Source: an uncultured Clostridia bacterium (GTDB taxonomy: Bacteria; Bacillota; Clostridia; Christensenellales; Borkfalkiaceae). Taken from it: a stretch of DNA of 62,299 nucleotides. Position numbers and translations under genes: made by a program. The stretch covers positions 1-62,299 of the forward strand of contig CANPXX010000001.1 in assembly GCA_947587085.1 (NCBI GenBank). The letters run 5' to 3'. Shown piece by piece: positions 23,726-32,443 of this stretch; within the stretch, counting starts at the first letter, position 1, and the number at the start of each line of letters is the position of its first letter. The notes under the pieces are model-generated. The model saw only the letters and a list, made by a program, of their open reading frames with translations, had not been told where the DNA came from and searched no databases.

Positions 23726-26125
23726 ATGAGACGTTCGAAACCGCTCTATCTCTTCGGAATGATCATCGTGATGAGCCTCATCTTTCTCGGTGGGGTCTGT
23801 TTTGCCGCGGGCTACGGGAGATTCGGGCTCTTGCGGGGGGAGGAAGTCGAGGATCCCAACACGCTGTGGGAGGACATCGTCGAGAACTTCGATTGGAACG
23901 ACTTCCCGTGGGACGACTTCCCCTTCGAGGAGTACGACGACTTCCCTTGGAGCGAGCTCCCTTGGGACGACATGCCCGCCGACTTCGATTGGAACAAGCT
24001 CCCGTGGGAGACGTTGCCCGACGACTTCCCTTGGGACAATCTTCCCTTCGACGATCCGCCCGCTGACTTCCCGTGGGACGATCTCCCGTGGGATTCCCTC
24101 CCCGAGGACTTCCCCATCGACGACGTGCCGTGGGGCGACATCCCCATCGAGGATATGCCTTGGGAGAACCTGCCCGAAGATTTCCCGTGGGGGGATATTC
24201 CCCTCGGCGACGCGGAGGAGTTCCCGTGGGAGAACATTCCGTGGACCGACCTTCCCGAGGACTTCCCGTGGGAGGACGTCCCTTGGGAGAGCGCACCCGA
24301 CGATTTCCCTTGGAACGACGTGCCTTGGGAGGATGTCCCGATGGAGACGCTTCCCGAGGACTTCCCGTGGGAAAATCTTCCTTGGAATGACTTGCCCGAC
24401 GACTTCCCTTGGAACGATGTGCCGTGGGAGGACGTCCCTATGGAGACGTTGCCCGAGGACTTCCCTTGGGAAAACCTGCCGTGGAACGACTTACCAGAAG
24501 AATTCCCTTGGGAAGATGTCCCGTGGGAGGATGTCCCGATGGAGACGCTCCCCGAGGATTTCCCTTGGGAAAATCTTCCTTGGAACGATTTACCCGACGA
24601 TTTCCCTTGGAACGACGTCCCTTGGGAGGACGTGCCGATGGACACCCTCCCCGAGGACTTCCCTTGGGAAAACCTGCCTTGGAACGATTTACCCGAAGAA
24701 TTCCCGTGGGAAGATGTCCCTTGGGAGGACGTCCCGCTCGATACGCTTCCCGAGGACTTCCCGTGGGAGAATCTTCCTTGGAACGACTTGCCCGAAGAAT
24801 TCCCGTGGGAAGATGTCCCTTGGGAGGACGTCCCGCTCGACACCCTCCCCGAGGATTTCCCGTGGGAAAACCTGCCGTGGAATGACTTGCCCGAAGAATT
24901 CCCTTGGAACGACGTGCCTTGGTCGGATGTCCCGATGGAGACGCTCCCCGAGGATTTCCCGTGGGAGAATCTTCCTTGGAATGAGCTTCCCGACGACTTC
25001 CCTTGGAACGATGTGCCTTGGTCGGACGTCCCGCTCGACACCCTCCCCGAGGATTTCCCGTGGGAAAACCTGCCTTGGAACGATTTACCCGACGACTTCC
25101 CTTGGAACGATGTGCCTTGGTCGGATGTTCCGCTCGATACGCTGCCCGAGGACTTCCCTTGGGAAAAGTTGCCGTGGAACGATCTCCCCGAGGACTTCCC
25201 GTGGGATCAGGTCCCGTGGGCAGACCTGCCGTGGGAGGAGATGCCGCTCGACTTCCCGTGGGATAAAGTTCCTTGGAACGACCTCCCCGACGACTTCCCT
25301 TGGCAGAAACTGCCGTGGCCGCTCTTGGCGGCGGGCGGCTTGTTGCTCGGGCTGGGGCTGCCGTGGGATAAGATCCCGCAGGACGCCATCCCCGAAGGCA
25401 TATTCCCCGAGGGCTTCTCGCCGTGGTGCCAACATGTCTTTACCGAATGGCGGGAGGAGCCCCCGCCCACCTGCGGCGCACCGGGCGTCAGACAAGAGCA
25501 CTGCGTGCTCTGCGGCGAGGTGGTCGGAAGGGAGGACATCCCCGCGACGGGCGCGCACGTCTATGGAGAGGACGGCGTCTGCACGGGGTGCGGACGGAGG
25601 AAGGTGTGCTTTGTGAGCGCCTCCAAAGAGACGGAATACGGCGGCGCGCTTCGGTGCGAAAACGAGGACATCTCGCTCGTGCGGGAGACGGGCTTCGCCG
25701 CGCTCGCGGAGGGGCACTCCTTCGAGGGGATAGATTTTGCCTCGCACAACACCATCGGCGAATGCCCCAACGTCTTTCACGTCCGCATCAAAGACGCGGC
25801 GGGGAACGACGTGACGGATACATACGAAGTGGAGTACCGCTACGGGACTCTCACGCTCACCGCGCGGAGGCTCGTCCTCGTCACGGAGAGCCATGCGTTC
25901 TCCCTCTCCGAATTCACGGGCGAGCCCCTCAAATGGGAGAAGTATTCTTTCGGAGACGGCACGTCGCTCGCCGAGGGCGACCGCATCGTGCTCACCTTCG
26001 AGAGCATCTCGCGCCCGGGCAGAAAGGAAAACATAGCTACTTACCGCATCGAGAATGCGGACGGGGAGGACGTGACGGGGAATTATGCCGTGACCTCCCA
26101 ATGGGGAGAGCTGACGCTCAAATAG
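23726..26125 (+). CDS. DFPW acidic Trp/Pro repeat protein with N-terminal TM anchor, Cys-rich segment and MBG-like C-terminal domains
   Basis: 799 aa with strong RBS GAGGAGGG. The TM is LYLFGMIIVMSLIFLGGVCFAAG. About 480 aa of (F/L/V)PW(E/N/D)D-type units follow. Then comes CGAPGVRQEHCVLCG...CTGCG, and it ends with ...VTGNYAVTSQWGELTLK. Confidence 0.85.
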   Translation: MRRSKPLYLFGMIIVMSLIFLGGVCFAAGYGRFGLLRGEEVEDPNTLWEDIVENFDWNDFPWDDFPFEEYDDFPWSELPWDDMPADFDWNKLPWETLPDDFPWDNLPFDDPPADFPWDDLPWDSLPEDFPIDDVPWGDIPIEDMPWENLPEDFPWGDIPLGDAEEFPWENIPWTDLPEDFPWEDVPWESAPDDFPWNDVPWEDVPMETLPEDFPWENLPWNDLPDDFPWNDVPWEDVPMETLPEDFPWENLPWNDLPEEFPWEDVPWEDVPMETLPEDFPWENLPWNDLPDDFPWNDVPWEDVPMDTLPEDFPWENLPWNDLPEEFPWEDVPWEDVPLDTLPEDFPWENLPWNDLPEEFPWEDVPWEDVPLDTLPEDFPWENLPWNDLPEEFPWNDVPWSDVPMETLPEDFPWENLPWNELPDDFPWNDVPWSDVPLDTLPEDFPWENLPWNDLPDDFPWNDVPWSDVPLDTLPEDFPWEKLPWNDLPEDFPWDQVPWADLPWEEMPLDFPWDKVPWNDLPDDFPWQKLPWPLLAAGGLLLGLGLPWDKIPQDAIPEGIFPEGFSPWCQHVFTEWREEPPPTCGAPGVRQEHCVLCGEVVGREDIPATGAHVYGEDGVCTGCGRRKVCFVSASKETEYGGALRCENEDISLVRETGFAALAEGHSFEGIDFASHNTIGECPNVFHVRIKDAAGNDVTDTYEVEYRYGTLTLTARRLVLVTESHAFSLSEFTGEPLKWEKYSFGDGTSLAEGDRIVLTFESISRPGRKENIATYRIENADGEDVTGNYAVTSQWGELTLK
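24341..25231 (+). repeat. In-frame 99-bp (33-aa) tandem repeat, about 9 units
   Basis: The unit is (M/L)(E/D)TLPEDFPWENLPWNDLP(D/E)(D/E)FPW(N/E)DVPW(E/S)DVP. Consecutive units are highly similar at the DNA level. Confidence 0.9.
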
Positions 26126-26137
26126 GACGGAGGGAAC

Positions 26138-29100
26138 ATGCTCTATCGGTCGTACCAAGAGAGGCTTGCAAAGCTGGCGCGCGCGTTCGAGCGCGTCTGG
26201 CGGTTCCGTCTGCTCTTTTTGGCGGGCTTTGCGCTTCTGCTTGCGGCGGCGGCGACCCTTCTCGGCGTCACGGGGACGGTGTACGGCGAAGAGTTCGCCT
26301 CGGAGGTGGTGTACGGGCAGTCCCTCTCCCCCTCGGCATCGGCGCTCTTTCGCACGGCGTCCTTCGAATACCGTGCGGCGGGCGGCGAATGGACGGAGGA
26401 GGAGCCCCGTCTCGTGGGCGAATACGAGGTCCGCGCCGTCGGAAAGTCGGTGGCGGGCACGCGGTACGCGGGGGAGGCGCATTCCTATCGGATCGTGCCC
26501 CGCGAAACGGAGGTGCGCGCCGCGGCGAGCTCGCTCGTCTATGGGGATGAGCTCGCCTTCTCTGCCTCTCTGTGCTATGGCGATACCCTCACCGTCTCCT
26601 CCTATTCCGCCCGTCCGCTCGGCGGGCGGCTCTTCGTCACGCCCGACGGGGAGAGCATCTCCGCAAGGAGCGAGAGCGGGGAGGACGTCTCTTCCTGCTA
26701 TCTGTTCGTGCCCGTGGAGCGCACGATCGAGGATGTCCCCCGCCCCGTCGTCTTTGAGACGCCCACCCTCACCTTCGGGTACGACGGCAACGTCCACACG
26801 GGCGGCACGGTGGAGGTAGCGGAGGGGAACCTCCTTTCGGGGCACACCGTCGAGGCGGTCATGCCCTCCCTCACTTCGGTAGGGTCTGTCCCCAACAGCG
26901 TGCGCGAACTGCACATCTATGACGAGGCGGGCGAGGAGGTCACCGAGCACTATTCGATCGCCTTTCGGGCGGTGGGAACGCTCACGGTGACGCCGCGCGC
27001 CCTCTCGGTCACGACGCGCTCGGACTCCTTCGTCTATGACGGGACGGCGCATCGGTACGAGGACTTTTCCGTCGCGGAGGGGTCGCTTGCGGAGGGCGAA
27101 ACGCTTCGCCGCCTCTCGGCAGTCTCCCCGACGGAGGCGGGCGAATATCCGAACTACTCCTCCTTCGCCGTCTATGCGGACGGGGAGGACGTCACATCCA
27201 ACTATGCGCTCACCGCCTCGTTCGGGACGGTGACGGTGGAAAAGCGCATCCTTTCGGTCACAACGCGCTCGGACTCCTTCGTCTATGACGGAACGGCGCA
27301 TCGGTATGAGGACGGCGCCGTCTCGGATGGGTCCCTCGCGGAGGGGCAGGAGCTTCGTCGCCTCTCGGCGATCTTCCCGACGGAGGCGGGCGAGTATCGG
27401 AACTATTCCTCCTTCGCCGTCTATGCGGACGGGAAGGAGGTCACATCCAACTATGTCCTCTCCCTCTTCTTCGGGACGGTCACGGTGGAGAGGATACGGC
27501 TTACGGTGGAAGCCATGTCCGACTCCTTCTTATACGACGGGGCATACCATGTCTATGATACGCCATCGAGCGTGACGCGGCATGAAAAGGACGGGACGTA
27601 CCATGTCTACCGTTCGTTTGAGGACGCCGAGGGCATGCTCGCCCGCGGGCAGACGCTCGTCCTCTCGGCGGTCCGCGTCAGGGACAGGGGCGTCCATCCC
27701 AATGCGCCCTCCGCCGCCGTTTATGCGGGGGAGACGGACGTGTCGGCGAACTATGAAATAGAGCTGCGGGCGGGGGAGCTTACGGTCACGCCCCGCCCCG
27801 TCTCCCTCCTCAGCGCTTCGCTAAAAGGCATCGTCTATGACGGCGCGCCGCACGCCGCCGAGGGATACGAGGAGGAAAACCTCGTCGCGGGGCACCGCGT
27901 GGAGGCGACCTACCGTACGTTCACGGAGGCGGGCACGCACACAAATGATTTCGAGAAAGACCCCGTCATCTTGGACGGGGCGGGGAACGACGTCACTTCC
28001 AATTATGAAATTGATTGGAAGTTCGGCACGGTGACGATCGATCGGCGCCCCGTTACGCTCGTCTCGGACAGCGAGCGGTTCGTCTATGACGGTATACCTC
28101 ACGCCGTCAGAAATTATTCTCATATGGGCGAATACGACCTCGTCAAAGGGCATTTCGTCTCTCCCGAATATCCGAGCTATACGGAGGCGGGGGAGCATCC
28201 GAACGAGTTCTCCACGCCGCTCGACGTGTACGACGGCGAGCGCAACGTCTCTTCCGATTATGAAATACAATGGCAGTTCGGCACGGTGACGATCGACCCT
28301 CGCCCCATCGCCTTTGTCACGGGCACGAAGGAGGACTTCGTCTACAACGGGGCGGCGAACGTTTGGCATACGGTCGGGCTCGCCGCGGGCTACACGCTCG
28401 CCGCGGGGGAGAGCTTCGCGGTGACGGTGACGAAGGACGTCTCGGTCACAGGCGTGTGCAAAGGGGTGAGGAACGAGCTCGAATTCGAGTGGAGGGTGTA
28501 CCGCGACGGACGGGAGACCACCTCCAATTACGCGCAGGACGAAACGGAGTACGGCACGCTCGGCGTCCTGCCCCGCCCCGTCGTCCTCACTTCCTCCTCC
28601 GTTACCGTCGTCTATGACGCCGCTGCGCACGCCGCCGCAGGATACGAGGAGGACAACCTCGTCGCGGGGCACCGCGTGGAGGCGGACTATCGTACGTTCA
28701 CGGAGGCGGGCACGCACACCAACGACTTTGAAAAGGAGCCCTCCATCTTGGACGGGGGCGGGAACGACGTCACCGCGAATTATGATATCACATGGGAATA
28801 CGGTAAAGTGGTCATCCAACGGAGGAAGGCGACCGTCGAGACGGGCTCGGGGAATACGATGTACGACGGAACGTCGCACACCTTCGGGGAATTTTCCGTC
28901 TCCGTCGAGGGCGGCGCGCTCGAGGGGCACACCTTCGAGCCCGTCTTTCACGTTTTCAAGGATGTCTGCGAGCAGCCGAATAAGCCCGACGCCATCACTG
29001 TGCGAGGCGGAGAAGCCGACGTCACCGCGAATTACGATATAACTTGGCAATGCGGTACGGTGACGATCGCGCCCCGTCCCGTCACGGTGACCGCGCCGAG

Positions 29101-31468
29101 CGAGACGCGGATGTACGACGGAAAGGCGTACCCCGCGGGGGGAGAGTCCACGGTCTCCTATCCCGAGGGCGGGCTCGGGCACGACGTCTCTCCCGAGTAT
29201 CGCGTGACGCCTGAGATGGCGAACGTGGGGGAGCACGAGAACGAAATCCAAAGCGTCCGCATTACGGCGGAGGGTGAGGACGTCACGGGCAACTATCAAA
29301 TTACGACCGTCTCTGGGACGCTCACCGTTACCGCCCGCCCCGTCTCCCTCCTCAGCGCTTCGCTAAAAGGCATCATCTATGACGGCGAACCGCACGCCGC
29401 CGAGGGATATACGGATACGGGAATGGACCCCGTCACGGGGGAAACCGTGCAAAAGCTCGTCGAGGGGCACCGCGTGGAGGCGACCTACCGTACGTTCACC
29501 GAGGCGGGCACGCACACAAATGATTTCGAAAGAGACCCCGTCATCTTGGACGGGACGGGGAACGACGTCACTTCCAATTATGAAATCGATTGGAAGTTCG
29601 GCACGGTGTCGATCGATCGGCGCCCCGTTACGCTCGTCTCGGACAGCGAGCGGTTCGTCTATGACGGCGCGCCGCACGATGTCCGCAGGTATTTCCATAC
29701 GGGCGAATACGACCTCGTCGAAGGGCATTTCGTCTCTCCCGAATATCCGAGCTTCACGGAGGCGGGGGAGCATCCGAACGAGTTCCCCACGCCGCTCGAC
29801 GTGTATGACGGCGAGCGAAACGTCTCTTCCAATTATGAAATACAATGGCAGTTCGGCACGGTGACGATCGACCCTCGCCCCGTCGTCCTCCTCAGCGATT
29901 CGCTGGAAGGCATCGTCTATGACGGCATTGCGCACGCCGCCGCGGGGTATGAAGATACGGGAATGGACCCCGTCACGGGGGAAGCCGTGCAAAAGCTCGT
30001 CGATGGGCACTATGTGGAGGCGACCTATCCCTCCTTCACCGACGTGAAAGAGGGGTACGACAAGGTGGACAAGGCGACGCAGGCGTACGAGAATGTCCCG
30101 ACGAATGTCGTCGTGCGCGACAAGGAGGGGAACGACGTCACAAGGAACTATCAGGTCGAATGGCAATACGGCACGGTGACGATCGACCCCCGTCCCCTCC
30201 ATGTCGAAACCCTTTCGGGCGAGTGGGTCTACGACGGAAAGCCGCATACGATGCCGGAATACGTCGTAACGGAAGAGGACCTCGTCGCGGGGCAGACCTT
30301 TCACAAAGGGGAGGTCACAGACGCTCCGTCGATCGCCTTTTTCACGCAAAGCGGTAAGGAGAACAAATTTGGGATCGAGTTCCGCATTCGGAACGAGCGG
30401 GACGCGGAGATTCCCGCACGGAACTATGAACTCATCTGGACGTACGGCACGCTCACCATAGAACAGCGCCCCATTAAAGTTACCTCGCAATCGTACACAT
30501 GGGTGTATGACGGAACAGCCCACAGACCGGCGACGGAGGGAGAATGGACGTTGGAGATGGCTTCGGAGACGACGGCTGACCGAGGGTTCTTGGGCAAAAA
30601 GGAGCGTGCTCGCCTGTCCTATCAATCTTTCACCGATATCACCGACATTTGGAACGCGGCGAAACGCGAATACGAAGTGGGGACCGTCGAAAACGAATTG
30701 ACTGTACTTCTCTATGATGACGACTATGGTGGCTCGCTCACCGGTCCTAAGGATACAGCCTCAAACTATCTCTTTGAATGCGAATGGGGAAAGATCCGCA
30801 TCAAATCGCCCATCGTCGTGGACCTCTTCGCCATCGAAGCGGAGTACGACGGCAAGGAGCACGCCCTCCGCGCGGACGACTACTTCATCGCGCGCAAGCC
30901 GCCCGAGGTGAAGAGCGAGTGGATCCGCGTCGAACTCAACGTTGAACACAACGAGAAGCTCATTTCGGTGGGCGGGCTCACCGCGACGGAAGTGTCGGGC
31001 GCGTCCGTCTGTTCGGTATGGGACGGGGAGAACGACCTCACGGGCGAAAACCGCTTCGTATTCGTCTGCTCGGGCGGGCTGGGCTGCGCGGGCGGCGAAG
31101 GGTGCAATGGAGCGCACTGCAAGGGATGCGAGGAGAAGTGCGTCTCCCTCGGGGGCTGGGAGGGCTGTCCCAATTGCTACGCGCTCAAAATCAGTCCGCG
31201 CCGCATCACCCTCCGTACGGCTTCCATCAAGCGCGTCAAGGGGAGCGAACCGCTCCTCGGGTCAGATCCTGCGAATCGGTGGTGGATCTCGTACGGCAAT
31301 CTGGTCGAGGGACACGAGATCCGTTGCACGTTCACGGGAAGATTGGAGCTCGACGAAGAGAGAGCTTTGAACACGGCGGAGTTCTCCGTCTGGAACGGCG
31401 AGGAGGACGTCACGGCTTGTTATGAGGTGACGACGATTTTGGGCGAGCTCGCATGGTACGGAGGATAG
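26138..31468 (+). CDS. Giant membrane-anchored MBG-domain repeat protein
   Basis: 1776 aa with N-terminal TM FRLLFLAGFALLLAAAATLLGV. More than 15 units match the MBG pattern (...LTVTPRP(V/L)...FVYDG.AH......G..L..GH........EAG.H.N........G.DVT.NY.I....GT(V/L)TI). There is a Cys-rich segment near the C-terminus (CSGGLGCAGGEGCNGAHCKGCEEKC...CPNC). Confidence 0.85.
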   Translation: MLYRSYQERLAKLARAFERVWRFRLLFLAGFALLLAAAATLLGVTGTVYGEEFASEVVYGQSLSPSASALFRTASFEYRAAGGEWTEEEPRLVGEYEVRAVGKSVAGTRYAGEAHSYRIVPRETEVRAAASSLVYGDELAFSASLCYGDTLTVSSYSARPLGGRLFVTPDGESISARSESGEDVSSCYLFVPVERTIEDVPRPVVFETPTLTFGYDGNVHTGGTVEVAEGNLLSGHTVEAVMPSLTSVGSVPNSVRELHIYDEAGEEVTEHYSIAFRAVGTLTVTPRALSVTTRSDSFVYDGTAHRYEDFSVAEGSLAEGETLRRLSAVSPTEAGEYPNYSSFAVYADGEDVTSNYALTASFGTVTVEKRILSVTTRSDSFVYDGTAHRYEDGAVSDGSLAEGQELRRLSAIFPTEAGEYRNYSSFAVYADGKEVTSNYVLSLFFGTVTVERIRLTVEAMSDSFLYDGAYHVYDTPSSVTRHEKDGTYHVYRSFEDAEGMLARGQTLVLSAVRVRDRGVHPNAPSAAVYAGETDVSANYEIELRAGELTVTPRPVSLLSASLKGIVYDGAPHAAEGYEEENLVAGHRVEATYRTFTEAGTHTNDFEKDPVILDGAGNDVTSNYEIDWKFGTVTIDRRPVTLVSDSERFVYDGIPHAVRNYSHMGEYDLVKGHFVSPEYPSYTEAGEHPNEFSTPLDVYDGERNVSSDYEIQWQFGTVTIDPRPIAFVTGTKEDFVYNGAANVWHTVGLAAGYTLAAGESFAVTVTKDVSVTGVCKGVRNELEFEWRVYRDGRETTSNYAQDETEYGTLGVLPRPVVLTSSSVTVVYDAAAHAAAGYEEDNLVAGHRVEADYRTFTEAGTHTNDFEKEPSILDGGGNDVTANYDITWEYGKVVIQRRKATVETGSGNTMYDGTSHTFGEFSVSVEGGALEGHTFEPVFHVFKDVCEQPNKPDAITVRGGEADVTANYDITWQCGTVTIAPRPVTVTAPSETRMYDGKAYPAGGESTVSYPEGGLGHDVSPEYRVTPEMANVGEHENEIQSVRITAEGEDVTGNYQITTVSGTLTVTARPVSLLSASLKGIIYDGEPHAAEGYTDTGMDPVTGETVQKLVEGHRVEATYRTFTEAGTHTNDFERDPVILDGTGNDVTSNYEIDWKFGTVSIDRRPVTLVSDSERFVYDGAPHDVRRYFHTGEYDLVEGHFVSPEYPSFTEAGEHPNEFPTPLDVYDGERNVSSNYEIQWQFGTVTIDPRPVVLLSDSLEGIVYDGIAHAAAGYEDTGMDPVTGEAVQKLVDGHYVEATYPSFTDVKEGYDKVDKATQAYENVPTNVVVRDKEGNDVTRNYQVEWQYGTVTIDPRPLHVETLSGEWVYDGKPHTMPEYVVTEEDLVAGQTFHKGEVTDAPSIAFFTQSGKENKFGIEFRIRNERDAEIPARNYELIWTYGTLTIEQRPIKVTSQSYTWVYDGTAHRPATEGEWTLEMASETTADRGFLGKKERARLSYQSFTDITDIWNAAKREYEVGTVENELTVLLYDDDYGGSLTGPKDTASNYLFECEWGKIRIKSPIVVDLFAIEAEYDGKEHALRADDYFIARKPPEVKSEWIRVELNVEHNEKLISVGGLTATEVSGASVCSVWDGENDLTGENRFVFVCSGGLGCAGGEGCNGAHCKGCEEKCVSLGGWEGCPNCYALKISPRRITLRTASIKRVKGSEPLLGSDPANRWWISYGNLVEGHEIRCTFTGRLELDEERALNTAEFSVWNGEEDVTACYEVTTILGELAWYGG
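27001..27498 (+). repeat. Tandem 249-bp (83-aa) duplication inside the giant gene
   Basis: LSVTTRSDSFVYDGTAHRYED...FGTVTVE(K/R)RI occurs twice in tandem with high DNA identity. Confidence 0.85.
27788..28306 (+). repeat. About 520-bp dispersed direct repeat, copy 1 (partner 29333-29881)
   Basis: Near-identical DNA encoding PRPVSLLSASLKGI(V/I)YDG...QWQFGTVTIDPRP. The copies differ by one roughly 30-nt indel. Confidence 0.85.
29333..29881 (+). repeat. About 550-bp dispersed direct repeat, copy 2
   Basis: See 27788-28306. A shorter related segment lies at about 28560-28800. Confidence 0.85.
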
Positions 31469-31490
31469 AGGGAATTTTGAAAGTTACCAT

Positions 31491-31519
31491 GCGGCGGGCG
31501 AATTGGTCTCGCCCGCCGC
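31491..31519. terminator. Hairpin between convergent genes (probable operon terminator)
   Basis: Perfect 11-bp GC stem gcggcgggcga/tcgcccgccgc with a 7-nt loop. The U-tract is weak on both strands. Confidence 0.5.
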
Positions 31520-31530
31520 TTATCGGTCGG

Positions 31531-32292
31531 TCAGTATGCCGTCGTGAGGGTGCTCACCGTGAGGGCGAGCAGTTTGTTGTGCCGCCGTGCGGCGGAGAGC
31601 ACGGCGGGGGTCACCCGCTCTCCCGCGAGGGCGATGGGCTCGCCGTTCGCGCCGTACACGCTCCGCTTCACCCTCCGTCCGAGGAGGTTGGTCCTGTCGA
31701 GGAAGCGGATGGCGTTGGGCTCTTTTTGCATGGGCGCATTCTCGGGCATGGGTGTATCCTCGGGCATGGGCGCTTTCTCGGACATGGTAGGCGGCTCGGC
31801 GGGCTCTTGGGCGGGCATGGGCGCCTTTTGCGGCGCGGACACGGTCCGCTTTTTTGTACCCCGCTTCGCGGTGCGGGCGGCGGCCTCGCGGGAGGCGGGG
31901 TCGGGATAGACGACGACGGTCGCCCCCGCCTGCATGAGCGGGACGGGCACGGCGGTCTTGGCGCCGTCCTTGGAGACGATGAGCTCAGGCGCGTCCTGCA
32001 AGAAGAGCTCGCTCGCCGTGCCGAGGTATTCCCCCGTGTGGGCGTAGACGGCGCTCCCGAGGGGATTGGGCACGCCGACGGGGGAGGCGAGGCGGGCGCG
32101 TCCCGCCACGACGGCGTCCGCGAACGAGAGCACGGCGCGCGCGGGGAGGCAGAATTCCTCCTCCTCTTCGTCCGTGCAGAGGAGGCAGGAGAGCTTGCGA
32201 TAGTCGCGGGTGAGGCGGGCGTCCGTCACATAGCCGCACCGCTCGCCCGACGGGGTGATGACGGGGCTTCCGATGATGTTGGAAAGTTGCAT
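31531..32292 (-). CDS. PRC-barrel-like domain protein with Pro/Met-rich linker
   Basis: 254 aa starting at MQLSNIIGSPVITPSGERCGYVTD, with RBS AGAGAGG. The linker reads KAPMPAQEPAEPP..KAPMPEDTPMPENAPM. The C-terminal part is LLGRRVKRSVYGANGEPIALAGERVT. The upstream part of the 431-aa track ORF is implausible low-complexity basic sequence. Confidence 0.6.
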   Translation of the reverse strand: MQLSNIIGSPVITPSGERCGYVTDARLTRDYRKLSCLLCTDEEEEEFCLPARAVLSFADAVVAGRARLASPVGVPNPLGSAVYAHTGEYLGTASELFLQDAPELIVSKDGAKTAVPVPLMQAGATVVVYPDPASREAAARTAKRGTKKRTVSAPQKAPMPAQEPAEPPTMSEKAPMPEDTPMPENAPMQKEPNAIRFLDRTNLLGRRVKRSVYGANGEPIALAGERVTPAVLSAARRHNKLLALTVSTLTTAY

Positions 32293-32391
32293 GTCGATTA
32301 CCTCTCTTTGCCCTATCGTACGCCCGTGTGCTACAAAGGATTCGGGCACACTTTGAAAGTTCGGTACGATTTTTGTCGAGCGCCGTCCCGC

Positions 32392-32420
32392 TTGACAAAT
32401 GCGGACGGGAATGGTATCAT
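32392..32420 (+). promoter_or_regulatory. SigmaA-type promoter for comEC-holA
   Basis: TTGACA, a 17-nt spacer, then TATCAT. This places the first usable start at ATG 32444, preceded by GGAGA. Confidence 0.65.
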
Positions 32421-32443
32421 TTTCCAAAGCATGGAGAAATGAG

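Noticed and set aside
24341-25231. Regular 99-bp repeats considered as a possible CRISPR array
   Set aside because: The units are contiguous with no unique spacers. They are in frame within a long ORF, are much longer than CRISPR repeats, and there are no cas genes.
27788-29881. Long near-identical repeat pair considered as a diversity-generating retroelement TR/VR
   Set aside because: There is no reverse transcriptase in the window. By-eye mismatches between the copies are not biased to adenine positions and include an indel. Both copies are in-frame domain repeats.
23812-30625. Minus-strand and alternate-frame ORFs across the repeat genes (for example 23812-25041, 25085-27301, 27821-29299, 29363-30625, 23790-25616)
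   Set aside because: The repetitive, stop-poor high-GC sequence keeps several frames open. Only the frames giving DFPW and MBG repeats have TM anchors, RBSs and domain-like periodicity.
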